Origin: an uncultured Gammaproteobacteria bacterium
GTDB taxonomy: Bacteria > Patescibacteriota > Microgenomatia > UBA8517
Assembly (NCBI GenBank): GCA_964524515.1
Contig: CAZGEA010000004.1
Span: 32,015 to 96,014, forward strand
Direction: 5' to 3'
Length of the DNA stretch: 64,000 bases
The notes beneath the pieces are model-generated. The model was not told where the DNA came from, did no database searches, and saw nothing but the letters and a program-made list of their open reading frames with translations. Made by a program: the position numbers and the translations under genes. Every line of letters starts with the position of its first letter. The stretch's first letter is position 1. Shown here one piece after another: positions 20,578 to 29,148 of this stretch.

Positions 20578-21547
20578 AGCCTATTTTTTCATAAACTTCA
20601 TTTAATTTTTTGTGGGAAATTTCGTATGATTTTTCTAAACCTTTTCGTGTTACTTCTTTCAAGACATCAGCTGAGCGATAGTTGTCGTATTTCTCTTGAA
20701 TATCAATTAAAAACTTCTCAACAACATCACCCAATTCAATTTTAAAATCTTTATAGCTTGTGTTTTCAAATTTTTTCTCAAGACTAGCTATTGGCAAATT
20801 TGTGAGATTTGAATAAATTTCAAGTAAATTAGATACTCCTGGCTTTGAATCTGAATATACTATTTTATTATCACTATCTGTGACTGCACTTGCGATTTTT
20901 GCTTTTGCATCTGACGGATTATCTAATAAATTAATTGTTCCTTTTGGATCTGACTCGGATTTGCTCATTTTTTTGAGTGGATTGGTTAAGCTCATCACTC
21001 TTCCTCCTATTTTTGGAATAATAGGATTAGGTATCACAAATGTATCCCCATATTTTGAATTGAAACGTTGGGCTAAATCCCGAGCTAATTCAACATGTTG
21101 TTTTTGATCTTCACCCACTGGAACTTCAGTTGTATCGTAAAGCAAAATATCAGCAGCCATCAAAGCTGGATAGTCGAACAATCCAACTGAAACTGATTCT
21201 TTACCATCTGATTTTTCTTTATACTGAGTCATTCTATTCATCTGCCCCATTGATAAATAACAATTCGCAATCCAACCTAGATTGGCATGGTCTGGGTTTT
21301 GAGATTGAATAAATAAAATCGACTTTTCAGGATCAATGCCTGATGCCAGCATTAAAGCAAAAAGATCCAATGTATTATTTTTTAAATCTTTCGGATCCTG
21401 TTCTACAGTTATTGCATGAAGATCCACAACACAGAACAAATTAAGGCCATCGTCTTGCCCTTTAACCCATTGGCTGATTGCACCAATATAATTGCCCAAA
21501 TGAAGTGAACCAGAAGGCTTGATTCCTGAGAAAACTGTTTTGCCCAT
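20567..21547 (-). CDS. trpS: tryptophan--tRNA ligase
   Basis: HIGH-like GSLHLGNY, a KMSKS motif (KKMSKSE) and GEDQKQH. The likely start is MGKTVFSG at 21547; the ORF extends to 21565. Confidence 0.9.
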   Translation of the reverse strand: MGKTVFSGIKPSGSLHLGNYIGAISQWVKGQDDGLNLFCVVDLHAITVEQDPKDLKNNTLDLFALMLASGIDPEKSILFIQSQNPDHANLGWIANCYLSMGQMNRMTQYKEKSDGKESVSVGLFDYPALMAADILLYDTTEVPVGEDQKQHVELARDLAQRFNSKYGDTFVIPNPIIPKIGGRVMSLTNPLKKMSKSESDPKGTINLLDNPSDAKAKIASAVTDSDNKIVYSDSKPGVSNLLEIYSNLTNLPIASLEKKFENTSYKDFKIELGDVVEKFLIDIQEKYDNYRSADVLKEVTRKGLEKSYEISHKKLNEVYEKIGFAK

Positions 21548-21574
21548 GAAGCTATAGTAGCGCAAAATATGTTT

Positions 21575-21650
21575 TGGTGCCAGGGGCGAGGATCGAACTC
21601 GCGACCGCAGGTTTATGAATCCTGTGCTCTACCAACTGAGCTACCCTGGC
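21575..21650 (-). tRNA. tRNA with CAU anticodon (elongator Met or lysidine-type Ile2), CCA encoded
   Basis: The reverse complement GCCAGGGTAGCTCAGTTGGTAGAGCACAGGATTCATAAACCTGCGGTCGCGAGTTCGATCCTCGCCCCTGGCACCA folds as a cloverleaf with a 7-bp acceptor stem and anticodon loop TTCATAA. Confidence 0.85.
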
Positions 21651-21739
21651 TTACATTTTCATATTTTACATTAAATATGCCTAATAAAAAATAAATCTGT
21701 TAAAAAGTGTTTATGCCTGCCATGAAGATTAATCTTGTG

Positions 21740-21809
21740 TTGCGGGGCCGGGAGTTGAACCCGGCCTGGGAGATTATGAGCCTCCCGTGCAGCCGTACAC
21801 TACCCCGCA
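21740..21809 (-). tRNA. initiator-like tRNA with CAU anticodon (short D loop, no encoded CCA)
   Basis: The reverse complement is TGCGGGGTAGTGTACGGCTGCACGGGAGGCTCATAATCTCCCAGGCCGGGTTCAACTCCCGGCCCCGCAA. The acceptor xGCGGGG/CCCCGCA plus A73 resembles bacterial tRNA-fMet. The anticodon loop is CTCATAA. Confidence 0.7.
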
Positions 21810-21861
21810 TGTTAATATCAACAATAATATCAACTGAATTATACCACGAAGCAAACTGTGC

Positions 21862-22251
21862 TTAATTTAAAAATAAATTAATCCATTGTTTCCAGTTTGG
21901 AATATCACTTGAGGCCTTTTCTTGGTTTTGTACTGGTGCTGCCTTTCTGACTTCATCTTTTGGAGGCAAAACCACCGATATTTCTCCATCCTTGACCAAG
22001 CCTAACTTGTCTCGAACAGCCTTTTCTTGGGAAAAATCGGTCTGAAGTTCTTTAAGTTTATTTGTTAAATCCTCGTTTTTTTGTGCCTCAATTTTTACTT
22101 TTTCATCTATTTCTTGAAGCTCTTGCCTACCTCTTACCAAGCTTTTGACGTTTTGAATTAGTGACCAGCATAATATTAAAAATAGGATGACAAGCCCAAG
22201 CGACTTTAAGGCTACTTTAAACTTTCCAGTCTGTACTCTTGCATTATTCAT
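21862..22251 (-). CDS. FtsB/DivIC-like septum formation initiator (TM plus coiled coil)
   Basis: A single N-terminal TM helix followed by a heptad-rich segment (QELQEIDEKVKIEAQKNEDLTNKLKELQ). Confidence 0.5.
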   Translation of the reverse strand: MNNARVQTGKFKVALKSLGLVILFLILCWSLIQNVKSLVRGRQELQEIDEKVKIEAQKNEDLTNKLKELQTDFSQEKAVRDKLGLVKDGEISVVLPPKDEVRKAAPVQNQEKASSDIPNWKQWINLFLN

Positions 22252-22310
22252 ACTGTTACCCTATAATATTTGCATAAGCACTCCATGTGCGTTACAATAT
22301 ATTTTAGATT

Positions 22311-23177
22311 ATGACACAAACCGAGCCACTTTCTATCCTTTTGCCAAAATTTATCGAAAGTTTGAAGCAAAAAGGAAGATCACCTTCTACTTTACTTGCA
22401 TATAGAGCAGATTTAGATCAATTGACTACTTACCTTGCAAAAAAAGGTAAAACTTTGCCATCCCAAATTGATTTGGCTGATTTGGAATCATTTAAAGAAA
22501 GCTTACTTTCACAAAACTATACTCCAAAATCAGCTTCAAGAAAATTAAATGCTGTCAAAACATTTTTTAGATATCTTAAAGAAACAGGATCAATAACTGC
22601 TGATCCATCAAAAGATGTAACTCATCCAAAAATTGAGAGTGCAACTCCTAAATTTTTATCACAACTTGAATATCGAGCTTTGAGAGATATAACACGTGCT
22701 GATATCAGAATTCATGCAATTATTGAACTTATTTTACAAACTGGAATGAGAATTTCTGAAGTGGCAACGCTTAAAATGGCTAATGTGACTGACCATGAAA
22801 TTGCAATTGAAGCATACGCAACTCAACCTGAGCGAGTAGTTCCAATGAATGCTCCAGCAAAAGAGGCACTTGATCAATATCTAAAAGAGCGACCTCAAAC
22901 TGATTCTCCTTTTGTTTTTGTTAGCAAAAATGGAAAATCATTAGCAGTTCGTAATATCCGAGCATCTATTGATCGTTTTATGCAAAAAGCTGAAATTCCA
23001 CAATATTCAGTAAACGATTTACGTACTACTTTTATTGTTGAAAACCTAAAACGTGGAGTTGATTTGGTTACTATATCTCATGCTGCAGGACACAAGAGAT
23101 TGTCTACAACTGAGCGTTATTTGGAATTGGCAAACATTAAAGAGCCTGGTAAGAAACAAAAACTAGAAGAGCTTTAA
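22311..23177 (+). CDS. tyrosine site-specific recombinase (XerC/XerD-like)
   Basis: 288 aa with an N-terminal SAM-like core-binding region. The catalytic region contains GMRISE, HAAGHKRLSTTERY (HxxR and the Tyr nucleophile). Confidence 0.8.
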   Translation: MTQTEPLSILLPKFIESLKQKGRSPSTLLAYRADLDQLTTYLAKKGKTLPSQIDLADLESFKESLLSQNYTPKSASRKLNAVKTFFRYLKETGSITADPSKDVTHPKIESATPKFLSQLEYRALRDITRADIRIHAIIELILQTGMRISEVATLKMANVTDHEIAIEAYATQPERVVPMNAPAKEALDQYLKERPQTDSPFVFVSKNGKSLAVRNIRASIDRFMQKAEIPQYSVNDLRTTFIVENLKRGVDLVTISHAAGHKRLSTTERYLELANIKEPGKKQKLEEL

Positions 23178-23196
23178 ACTTTTTCTTCAAAAAAAC

Positions 23197-23232
23197 AGCT
23201 TCGTTTACTTGAAAATTTCTTTCAACGAAGCT
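23197..23232. terminator. bidirectional hairpin between convergent genes
   Basis: AGCTTCGTT (23197-23205) pairs with AACGAAGCT (23224-23232) around an 18-nt loop. It lies between the recombinase stop and the stop of the 23244..23543 ORF. Confidence 0.45.
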
Positions 23233-23243
23233 TCAAACACAAC

Positions 23244-23543
23244 TTATATTTTTCCATTTAGAAAATTCTCAGATGATTTAAGATTTTCCAATTTTTGGAT
23301 TGGTCTAAATTCACTAAAGAAAATTTGCCGCTTTCTTGTTCGTGCAAAATGCAAATTCTCTTGATTTCCATTTCGAAATGCAACAAAAGTTCTTCCATCA
23401 TCTGTCTCATAAACTGGATGAATTTTTCTATTGCAAAATTCACCAATAAATAATATTTCTTTGAACTTTCCTGCTTTTCCTTCAATTTCAGGATTCAAAA
23501 CTCTGAACAATTCAAGTATTTGAATTTTGTACGATCGGTTCAT
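23244..23543 (-). CDS. hypothetical small protein (paralog of the 23593..23796 product)
   Basis: Shares a PV[YF]xT[ED]DG[RK]xF[VA]A core with the neighbouring ORF. Confidence 0.45.
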   Translation of the reverse strand: MNRSYKIQILELFRVLNPEIEGKAGKFKEILFIGEFCNRKIHPVYETDDGRTFVAFRNGNQENLHFARTRKRQIFFSEFRPIQKLENLKSSENFLNGKI

Positions 23544-23592
23544 TTTGTCTCCTATAAAAGGTGCAAATTATCAGATTTGTGATATTTTACAC

Positions 23593-23796
23593 TTATTTTC
23601 TTGTGACAAACCATCTTACTGATCGAAAATCTTTAAACTTTTCGTTTGGAACAATGCGAAATGACAAAATTATTTGTTCGCCTTTGTTTTTTGTTCCCAT
23701 GTGAGCTGCAAATAATTTGCCATCTTCTGTTTTGAAAACTGGACACACATAGATCCATTGAACATAAAACTTTTTGATAAAGTATGCTTTTATCAA
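23593..23796 (-). CDS. hypothetical small protein (paralog of the 23244..23543 product)
   Basis: CPVFKTEDGKLFAAH aligns with HPVYETDDGRTFVAF of the neighbour. Confidence 0.45.
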   Translation of the reverse strand: MIKAYFIKKFYVQWIYVCPVFKTEDGKLFAAHMGTKNKGEQIILSFRIVPNEKFKDFRSVRWFVTRK

Positions 23797-23800
23797 TAAT

Positions 23801-25225
23801 TTATAAGTTTGTTACCTGGATACTGTTACTTTCTTCACTAATTTTTGCTTTTAATCTTGAGACAATTACTATTTTTCCTTCATCTGGAATTATTGAAGAG
23901 AGTTTTGCATTTTTGATGACCGAAGAAATTACTGATTCACTATCTGTTATTTTTTCAACTGTAAAAGTATGTATTCCATAAACTAAACATAGTTGCCTAC
24001 TGACTAATAATGAATTGGTTGCAACAACAATTGGCATTCTGGGCCTATATGCTGCAATTTGAATTGCTGAGAAACCATCTGGGGTGACATTGAACACTGC
24101 TTTGGCTTTTAGTCTTTTGGAAAGAATAGTTGCGGATTGTGCCAAAGCTGCAGTTTGTTCAGTGTATCGGGTGATGAAAGTTGATGGCTCGTTTATTTCG
24201 GTTTCGTTAATGTGTTTTTCAATGCGAGTTGCAATCCGGCTCATTGTTTTTACAGCTTCTATGGGGTGATTTCCAGTTGCGGTTTCTGCAGAGAGCATGA
24301 TTGCGTCAGTGTTTTCTAAAACTGCGTTTGCCACATCGTTGACTTCGGCCCTTGTTGGTTGACTATTTACTGCCATTGATTCCAACATTTGAGTGGCAAC
24401 TATTACTGGAGTCGCCATCGATCGGGCAAGAGTGATTATTCTTCGCTGAATAAGTGGCACTTCTTCTTGGCTAATTTCAATTGCCAAATCTCCACGGGCT
24501 ACCATTACTGCATCTGTTTCCTCCATTATTGGAACAAGGTTATTTATGGCTTGCTGAGTTTCAATTTTTGCAACAATTTTAGGTAATGTTTTGGAATTTT
24601 TTTGAATTGTTTCTCTGAGATTTTTGATATCATCTTCTGTTTGGACAAAAGATAATGCCACATAATCAACATTATTTTTGAGACCAAATAAAAGATCTTT
24701 TTTATCTTTTTGAGTGAATGCTGCATTGATAAAATTTGAATCAGGAAGATTTAAACCTTTATGACTTGATATTTCTCCTGATGTTACAACTAAACAATTT
24801 GCATAATTTGCGTGAACCTCGACCACTTTAAGCAAAACCAATCCATCATTTATGAAAATTCTTTGTTTTTTGGATATGAATGGGAAAATATCATACTGAA
24901 CAGGAATCATCATGTTTTTTGTCTCAACAACATTTCTTCCCTCTAGATAAAGAGTAATTTTGTCACCTTTATTTAATAATATTTTGTTTTCTAATTGAGC
25001 TAGGCGAATTTTTGGGCCTTGAAGATCTTGCATAACAGCCAGTGGTCTACCTAAATCTTTTTCGATTTTTCGAATATTTTCTATTACATTTTTGTGTTCA
25101 CTGTGGAGTCCATGGGAAAAATTAAGTCTAAAAACATTAACGCCACTAATTGCAAGCTCTTTAAGAACCTCAATGGATGAAGAGGCAGGACCTACTGTTG
25201 CAACGATTTTAGTATTTTTTAGCAC
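23801..25225 (-). CDS. pyk: pyruvate kinase
   Basis: MLKNTKIVATVGPAS, NFSHG, MVARGDLAIE and ATQMLESM motifs, 474 aa. Confidence 0.95.
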   Translation of the reverse strand: MLKNTKIVATVGPASSSIEVLKELAISGVNVFRLNFSHGLHSEHKNVIENIRKIEKDLGRPLAVMQDLQGPKIRLAQLENKILLNKGDKITLYLEGRNVVETKNMMIPVQYDIFPFISKKQRIFINDGLVLLKVVEVHANYANCLVVTSGEISSHKGLNLPDSNFINAAFTQKDKKDLLFGLKNNVDYVALSFVQTEDDIKNLRETIQKNSKTLPKIVAKIETQQAINNLVPIMEETDAVMVARGDLAIEISQEEVPLIQRRIITLARSMATPVIVATQMLESMAVNSQPTRAEVNDVANAVLENTDAIMLSAETATGNHPIEAVKTMSRIATRIEKHINETEINEPSTFITRYTEQTAALAQSATILSKRLKAKAVFNVTPDGFSAIQIAAYRPRMPIVVATNSLLVSRQLCLVYGIHTFTVEKITDSESVISSVIKNAKLSSIIPDEGKIVIVSRLKAKISEESNSIQVTNL

Positions 25226-25231
25226 GGATAA

Positions 25232-25453
25232 TTATGTATTATTTGAAGATTTGGTCAACATTTTTATCTCATCATCAATTGATCTAATGAAATCCTCATA
25301 CACTTTAATCATTGTGTATTTTATTTCTGAGTCTGAGTTTTCGTGTTTTACACCTCGAAAGTTTTTGTACATAGCAGTTAACTTGGTGTCATACTGAACA
25401 CGCTTTTCTTGTAGATCTTTAATTCTTTCTTCTGGCGTTTTGTTGTTTTGCAT
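25232..25453 (-). CDS. hypothetical small helical protein
   Basis: 73-aa charged ORF directly upstream of pyk. Confidence 0.4.
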   Translation of the reverse strand: MQNNKTPEERIKDLQEKRVQYDTKLTAMYKNFRGVKHENSDSEIKYTMIKVYEDFIRSIDDEIKMLTKSSNNT

Positions 25454-25469
25454 TTTGTGTTTTGTTTTG

Positions 25470-25540
25470 TGGGCCTGGATGGAATCGAACCATCGTGTCG
25501 ACTTTATAAGAATCGTGTCCTACCATTGAACGACAGGCCC
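25470..25540 (-). tRNA. tRNA with UAU anticodon (tRNA-Ile reading AUA)
   Basis: The reverse complement is GGGCCTGTCGTTCAATGGTAGGACACGATTCTTATAAAGTCGACACGATGGTTCGATTCCATCCAGGCCCA. It has a perfect 7-bp acceptor stem, anticodon stem CGATT/AGTCG, loop CTTATAA, T-loop TTCGATT and discriminator A. Confidence 0.8.
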
Positions 25541-25564
25541 TTTACAAGCCTATTATACCTCAAT

Positions 25565-26401
25565 TCAAGAAGAAACTGCTCCTTCAATACCTTCCCAGTC
25601 TTTGATTTTTCTTATTTTTAAATTTTTTTGCCAGGCAGAATCCAAAATTGATAAATCAACTTTTAGTTTTTTAGCGAGCCCCAAAAGCGCTACTGTGTCT
25701 TTTGGAAAACATTTAAGGCCATATCCTCCAAATGGCGAGACGCCTAAAAATGACTCACCTATTCTTTTGTCTATCCCAACCATTTTTTTGACTTCATCGT
25801 AATTTATATTTATTTTATTTGCCAGATCTGACATTTCATTTGCAAAGATTGTTTTGACTGCCATAAAACAATTACTCATATATTTGACCATTTCTGCGGT
25901 TTTTGTGTCAGTTATGAAAATTGGAAAATCGTAACCCAGGGATAATCTGTGAAGCCTTGCCAATGCCACACCATTTGCTTCGTTTTCCACACCAATTACA
26001 ATTCTTGAAGGATGGGTGCTATCCCACTCGGCATTTACTTCAGTTAAAAATTCTGGAACCATGGAAAATTGGACATTTGGGTATTTTTGAGAGTAATTAA
26101 TTGTGGTCGTGGGAACTACAGTTGACTTGATTACAATTAATTTTTTTGTATTTTTGGTTAATTTGGCAATCTTATCTATTACTTCATTCATAATCGATAA
26201 ATCAATTCCTTCTCCATTTTTGAGCATTGGGGTGGGAAGACAGACAAAAATAAACTCTGATTTATTTACAACATCATTAAATGAATGCTTACCCTTAATT
26301 TTTTTATCGTACCAGAGGATTTTATTTTCAGTATTTTGACTGAAGGCCACAGCAACACCTTTGCCGACAATTCCAAAGCCAATGATTCCTATTGCTGCCA
26401 T
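25565..26401 (-). CDS. UDP-glucose/GDP-mannose dehydrogenase family protein, short form
   Basis: N-terminal Rossmann IGIIGFGIVGKG and a catalytic-Cys region GGYGLKCFPKD. At 278 aa it appears to lack the usual C-terminal nucleotide-sugar domain. Confidence 0.65.
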   Translation of the reverse strand: MAAIGIIGFGIVGKGVAVAFSQNTENKILWYDKKIKGKHSFNDVVNKSEFIFVCLPTPMLKNGEGIDLSIMNEVIDKIAKLTKNTKKLIVIKSTVVPTTTINYSQKYPNVQFSMVPEFLTEVNAEWDSTHPSRIVIGVENEANGVALARLHRLSLGYDFPIFITDTKTAEMVKYMSNCFMAVKTIFANEMSDLANKININYDEVKKMVGIDKRIGESFLGVSPFGGYGLKCFPKDTVALLGLAKKLKVDLSILDSAWQKNLKIRKIKDWEGIEGAVSS

Positions 26402-26407
26402 TTAGGA

Positions 26408-28777
26408 CTATAGTTTAGCACGCCTACTTATTTCAGTCTCCACTAGTTTTTCATCTCGACCGTATCTTACTCTGCTCATTTCTTTTATAATCTCCCCCAC
26501 CTTTGGATTTGGAGTTGCCCAATCTTTTCCTATTTTATCTAAATTCATTGAAAATTGAGGAACTGGTTCATTTCTCACCAGAGTTCTTACATATACGTGA
26601 TATTTTTCGATGTTTAATAAATCATCTTCTGAAAAGACTGGGGCGAATTCGTGTGCCAGAAAGTTCGCATCTTGAGTTCCTACACGGTAACTTATTATTG
26701 TTCCTACGTTTCCAAAAATTGCGTTTTTGACTTCATCATCGATTTGACCTACGAATTGATTGGCCACAATTAAATTGAGTCTATATTTTCTGGCTTCAGA
26801 TAATATTTTTGCAAAATCAGGAGTTGCGAAATTTTGGAATTCATCAACATAGAGATAAAAATCTCGTCTTTCGTTTTCTGGAACATCAGTTCGGCTCATT
26901 GCTGCCATTAAAATACGTGGAACCATAACTAACCCTAAGAAGCTTGAGTTTTCCTCTCCTATTTCTCCTTTTGAAACGTTAATAAACAATATTTTTCCAT
27001 TATCCATTACTTCCCGGAAATTAAAAGATGATTCTGATTGTCCAATAATGTTTCTTATCATTTTGTTGGTTACAAACATACCGAATTTTGAAGTGATGTA
27101 ATCTAGGACTTCTGATTTGTGGAAATCTGAAGTTTGGGCAATTTGATCAGTCCAGTAACGGCGTACTATTGGGTCAGTTACATTTGGCAACAGTTCTTGA
27201 ACAAATCTCGAGTCAGTTAGTAATCTCATTAATTCAATAAAGGTTGGCCCCTCTGTTGCATATGAAGTTAATATTGCATTTCTGACGGCGTGTTCAAACC
27301 TTGGGCCCACGATACCAGTTTTGTATGGATCAAATAATTTATACATCATGTTGATGACCGATGCAGCAACGTAGTGCTTTTGATCTTCTGTTTTGGCTTC
27401 TAATAAGTTCATTCCAAAAGGCCTTGAAGTGTCTGATGGATGAAAATAAATTACATCTTCAGCGCGCTCTGGTGGAACAAATTGCAAAAGACTTTCGATT
27501 GCATCACCATGAGGATCAATAAAACATAAACCTTTTCCAGCCTGCATATCTTGGATTATCATTGATTTCAAAAGCTCAGTTTTACCAGTTCCAGTTTTAC
27601 CAATAATATACATATGTCGCTGCCTGTCTTGATCTGAAATAAAGACTCCGCGTTTTGTTCCACGATATGAGGATGAACCTAAATATAGACCTTCTGTTGG
27701 AATTTCAGCTGGAGCTGGTGCCGTTTTTGAATACAACCAAACAATATGTGGAGTTGTAATTTGCTTGTTAGGAAAATGGAACAAAGTTGCCAATTCATCT
27801 GAATTGAGAATTGATACTCTATTTCCCCACCAATTAAACATGGCATGATATCTATAGAGAAAATCTTCCATAAATGCAGATTTATTTCTTATTTTTCTTC
27901 CTCTGAAACCATTTAATTCTCCTGTGAATTGCTCCAAGGCACTTCCCAAATTAGTTAGATGGCCTTTGGCTGATTCTAAAACGTCTGATACCACAATTAC
28001 CCTAATTGAAACTTCGTAACCAGGTTTACTGACTTTTGATTCAATTGCTTCAAGAGTTTTGGCTGGGACTGAAAATTTTGCTTTATTTGGATCTGATTCA
28101 GATTTTTTCGTATTTGAAATAAATCCGCGACCTTCTTTTTGCCAACTACTTTCAGCTGGGGAGACAATAAATTGAATCACTGCTGCTTCGTTATCACCCA
28201 TTTTGGCTAGTGCTGAAGTTAAAAGTGCAAGTGGGTCAGTTGCCAATTCTTTGTAAATTTTGATTGGATAGAAATTTTCTTTTTTTAACTGAAATGATTT
28301 ATATGCAACTTTGCCGTTTTCTGTAAAAATATTATATTCTTCTTCTAATTTAATCTCGGCATCAGGGTATGCACCATGGATTTGTTTTTCTAATAAATCT
28401 TGAAGTCTTTTGGGGCACCAGACATAAAATTTTATTTCTTCTTTTTTGGCTACTAATTCAAATGATATATTTTCTTGAATTGAAAAACGTTGTTTCCATC
28501 CACCTTTTTTTATTGAATATAAGGCTCCAAACAACTGCTCCATTGCATCGATTTTAATTTCGTTATTTCGAGGTACTGCAACTGATAGCAATACTGAATC
28601 AAGAGAATTTTTTTCTCTTTCTCGGTGGCGGAATCTTGTAAAAAATAAATACGCAAAACCACAAAAAACGAAAAATAAAATTCCAAAAATCAAAAGGACT
28701 CCCAAAACAATACCCAAATTAGCTGGTGTTGCGATTAACGAAATTTGATTTGCTGTTTCAATTTGAGAGTTGACCAT
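26408..28777 (-). CDS. membrane-anchored P-loop ATPase of the TraG/TraD/VirD4 (coupling-protein-like) type
   Basis: N-terminal TM hairpin, Walker A GKTGTGKT, Walker B FYLYVDEFQNF, 789 aa. Confidence 0.55.
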   Translation of the reverse strand: MVNSQIETANQISLIATPANLGIVLGVLLIFGILFFVFCGFAYLFFTRFRHREREKNSLDSVLLSVAVPRNNEIKIDAMEQLFGALYSIKKGGWKQRFSIQENISFELVAKKEEIKFYVWCPKRLQDLLEKQIHGAYPDAEIKLEEEYNIFTENGKVAYKSFQLKKENFYPIKIYKELATDPLALLTSALAKMGDNEAAVIQFIVSPAESSWQKEGRGFISNTKKSESDPNKAKFSVPAKTLEAIESKVSKPGYEVSIRVIVVSDVLESAKGHLTNLGSALEQFTGELNGFRGRKIRNKSAFMEDFLYRYHAMFNWWGNRVSILNSDELATLFHFPNKQITTPHIVWLYSKTAPAPAEIPTEGLYLGSSSYRGTKRGVFISDQDRQRHMYIIGKTGTGKTELLKSMIIQDMQAGKGLCFIDPHGDAIESLLQFVPPERAEDVIYFHPSDTSRPFGMNLLEAKTEDQKHYVAASVINMMYKLFDPYKTGIVGPRFEHAVRNAILTSYATEGPTFIELMRLLTDSRFVQELLPNVTDPIVRRYWTDQIAQTSDFHKSEVLDYITSKFGMFVTNKMIRNIIGQSESSFNFREVMDNGKILFINVSKGEIGEENSSFLGLVMVPRILMAAMSRTDVPENERRDFYLYVDEFQNFATPDFAKILSEARKYRLNLIVANQFVGQIDDEVKNAIFGNVGTIISYRVGTQDANFLAHEFAPVFSEDDLLNIEKYHVYVRTLVRNEPVPQFSMNLDKIGKDWATPNPKVGEIIKEMSRVRYGRDEKLVETEISRRAKL

Positions 28778-29123
28778 TTTTTTGTCCGAATAAAATGTTT
28801 TTGCCTACTGCAACTGCTTTGTGAATCATTCTAATAAACCACATAGCACGCCATGAACTTGCATCATCAATTGAGCCTTTTTGCATTTCTTCTAATTGTT
28901 CAAGGCTTACTGCAGGAACAGCGAAAGTAGTTGATGGATCGATTGGCTGAACTGGACTTTGTGTTGGCTGATTTAATGTGGGGTCAGGAAGAACTACATT
29001 TTGCTGAGAGGGAGTTGTCGTGACACCTAAACTTTCAATTTCTTTGGGGATTGAGACGACTTCCGGAATTTTTGTGATTTCGGGGACCACACCTGGACGA
29101 TCAATTTCTACTGAAGGTGACAT
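28758..29123 (-). CDS. hypothetical Pro/Thr-rich protein translationally coupled to the ATPase
   Basis: 121-aa ORF that overlaps the ATPase start by 20 nt. Confidence 0.4.
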   Translation of the reverse strand: MSPSVEIDRPGVVPEITKIPEVVSIPKEIESLGVTTTPSQQNVVLPDPTLNQPTQSPVQPIDPSTTFAVPAVSLEQLEEMQKGSIDDASSWRAMWFIRMIHKAVAVGKNILFGQKNGQLSN

Positions 29124-29148
29124 AACTTAAATCATTGTATCATTTAAT

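Noticed and set aside
21575-23796. tRNA-adjacent recombinase region as an integrated prophage or genomic island
   Set aside because: There is no composition shift, no repeat of a tRNA 3' end and no phage-like genes. The recombinase length and motifs fit a housekeeping Xer protein.
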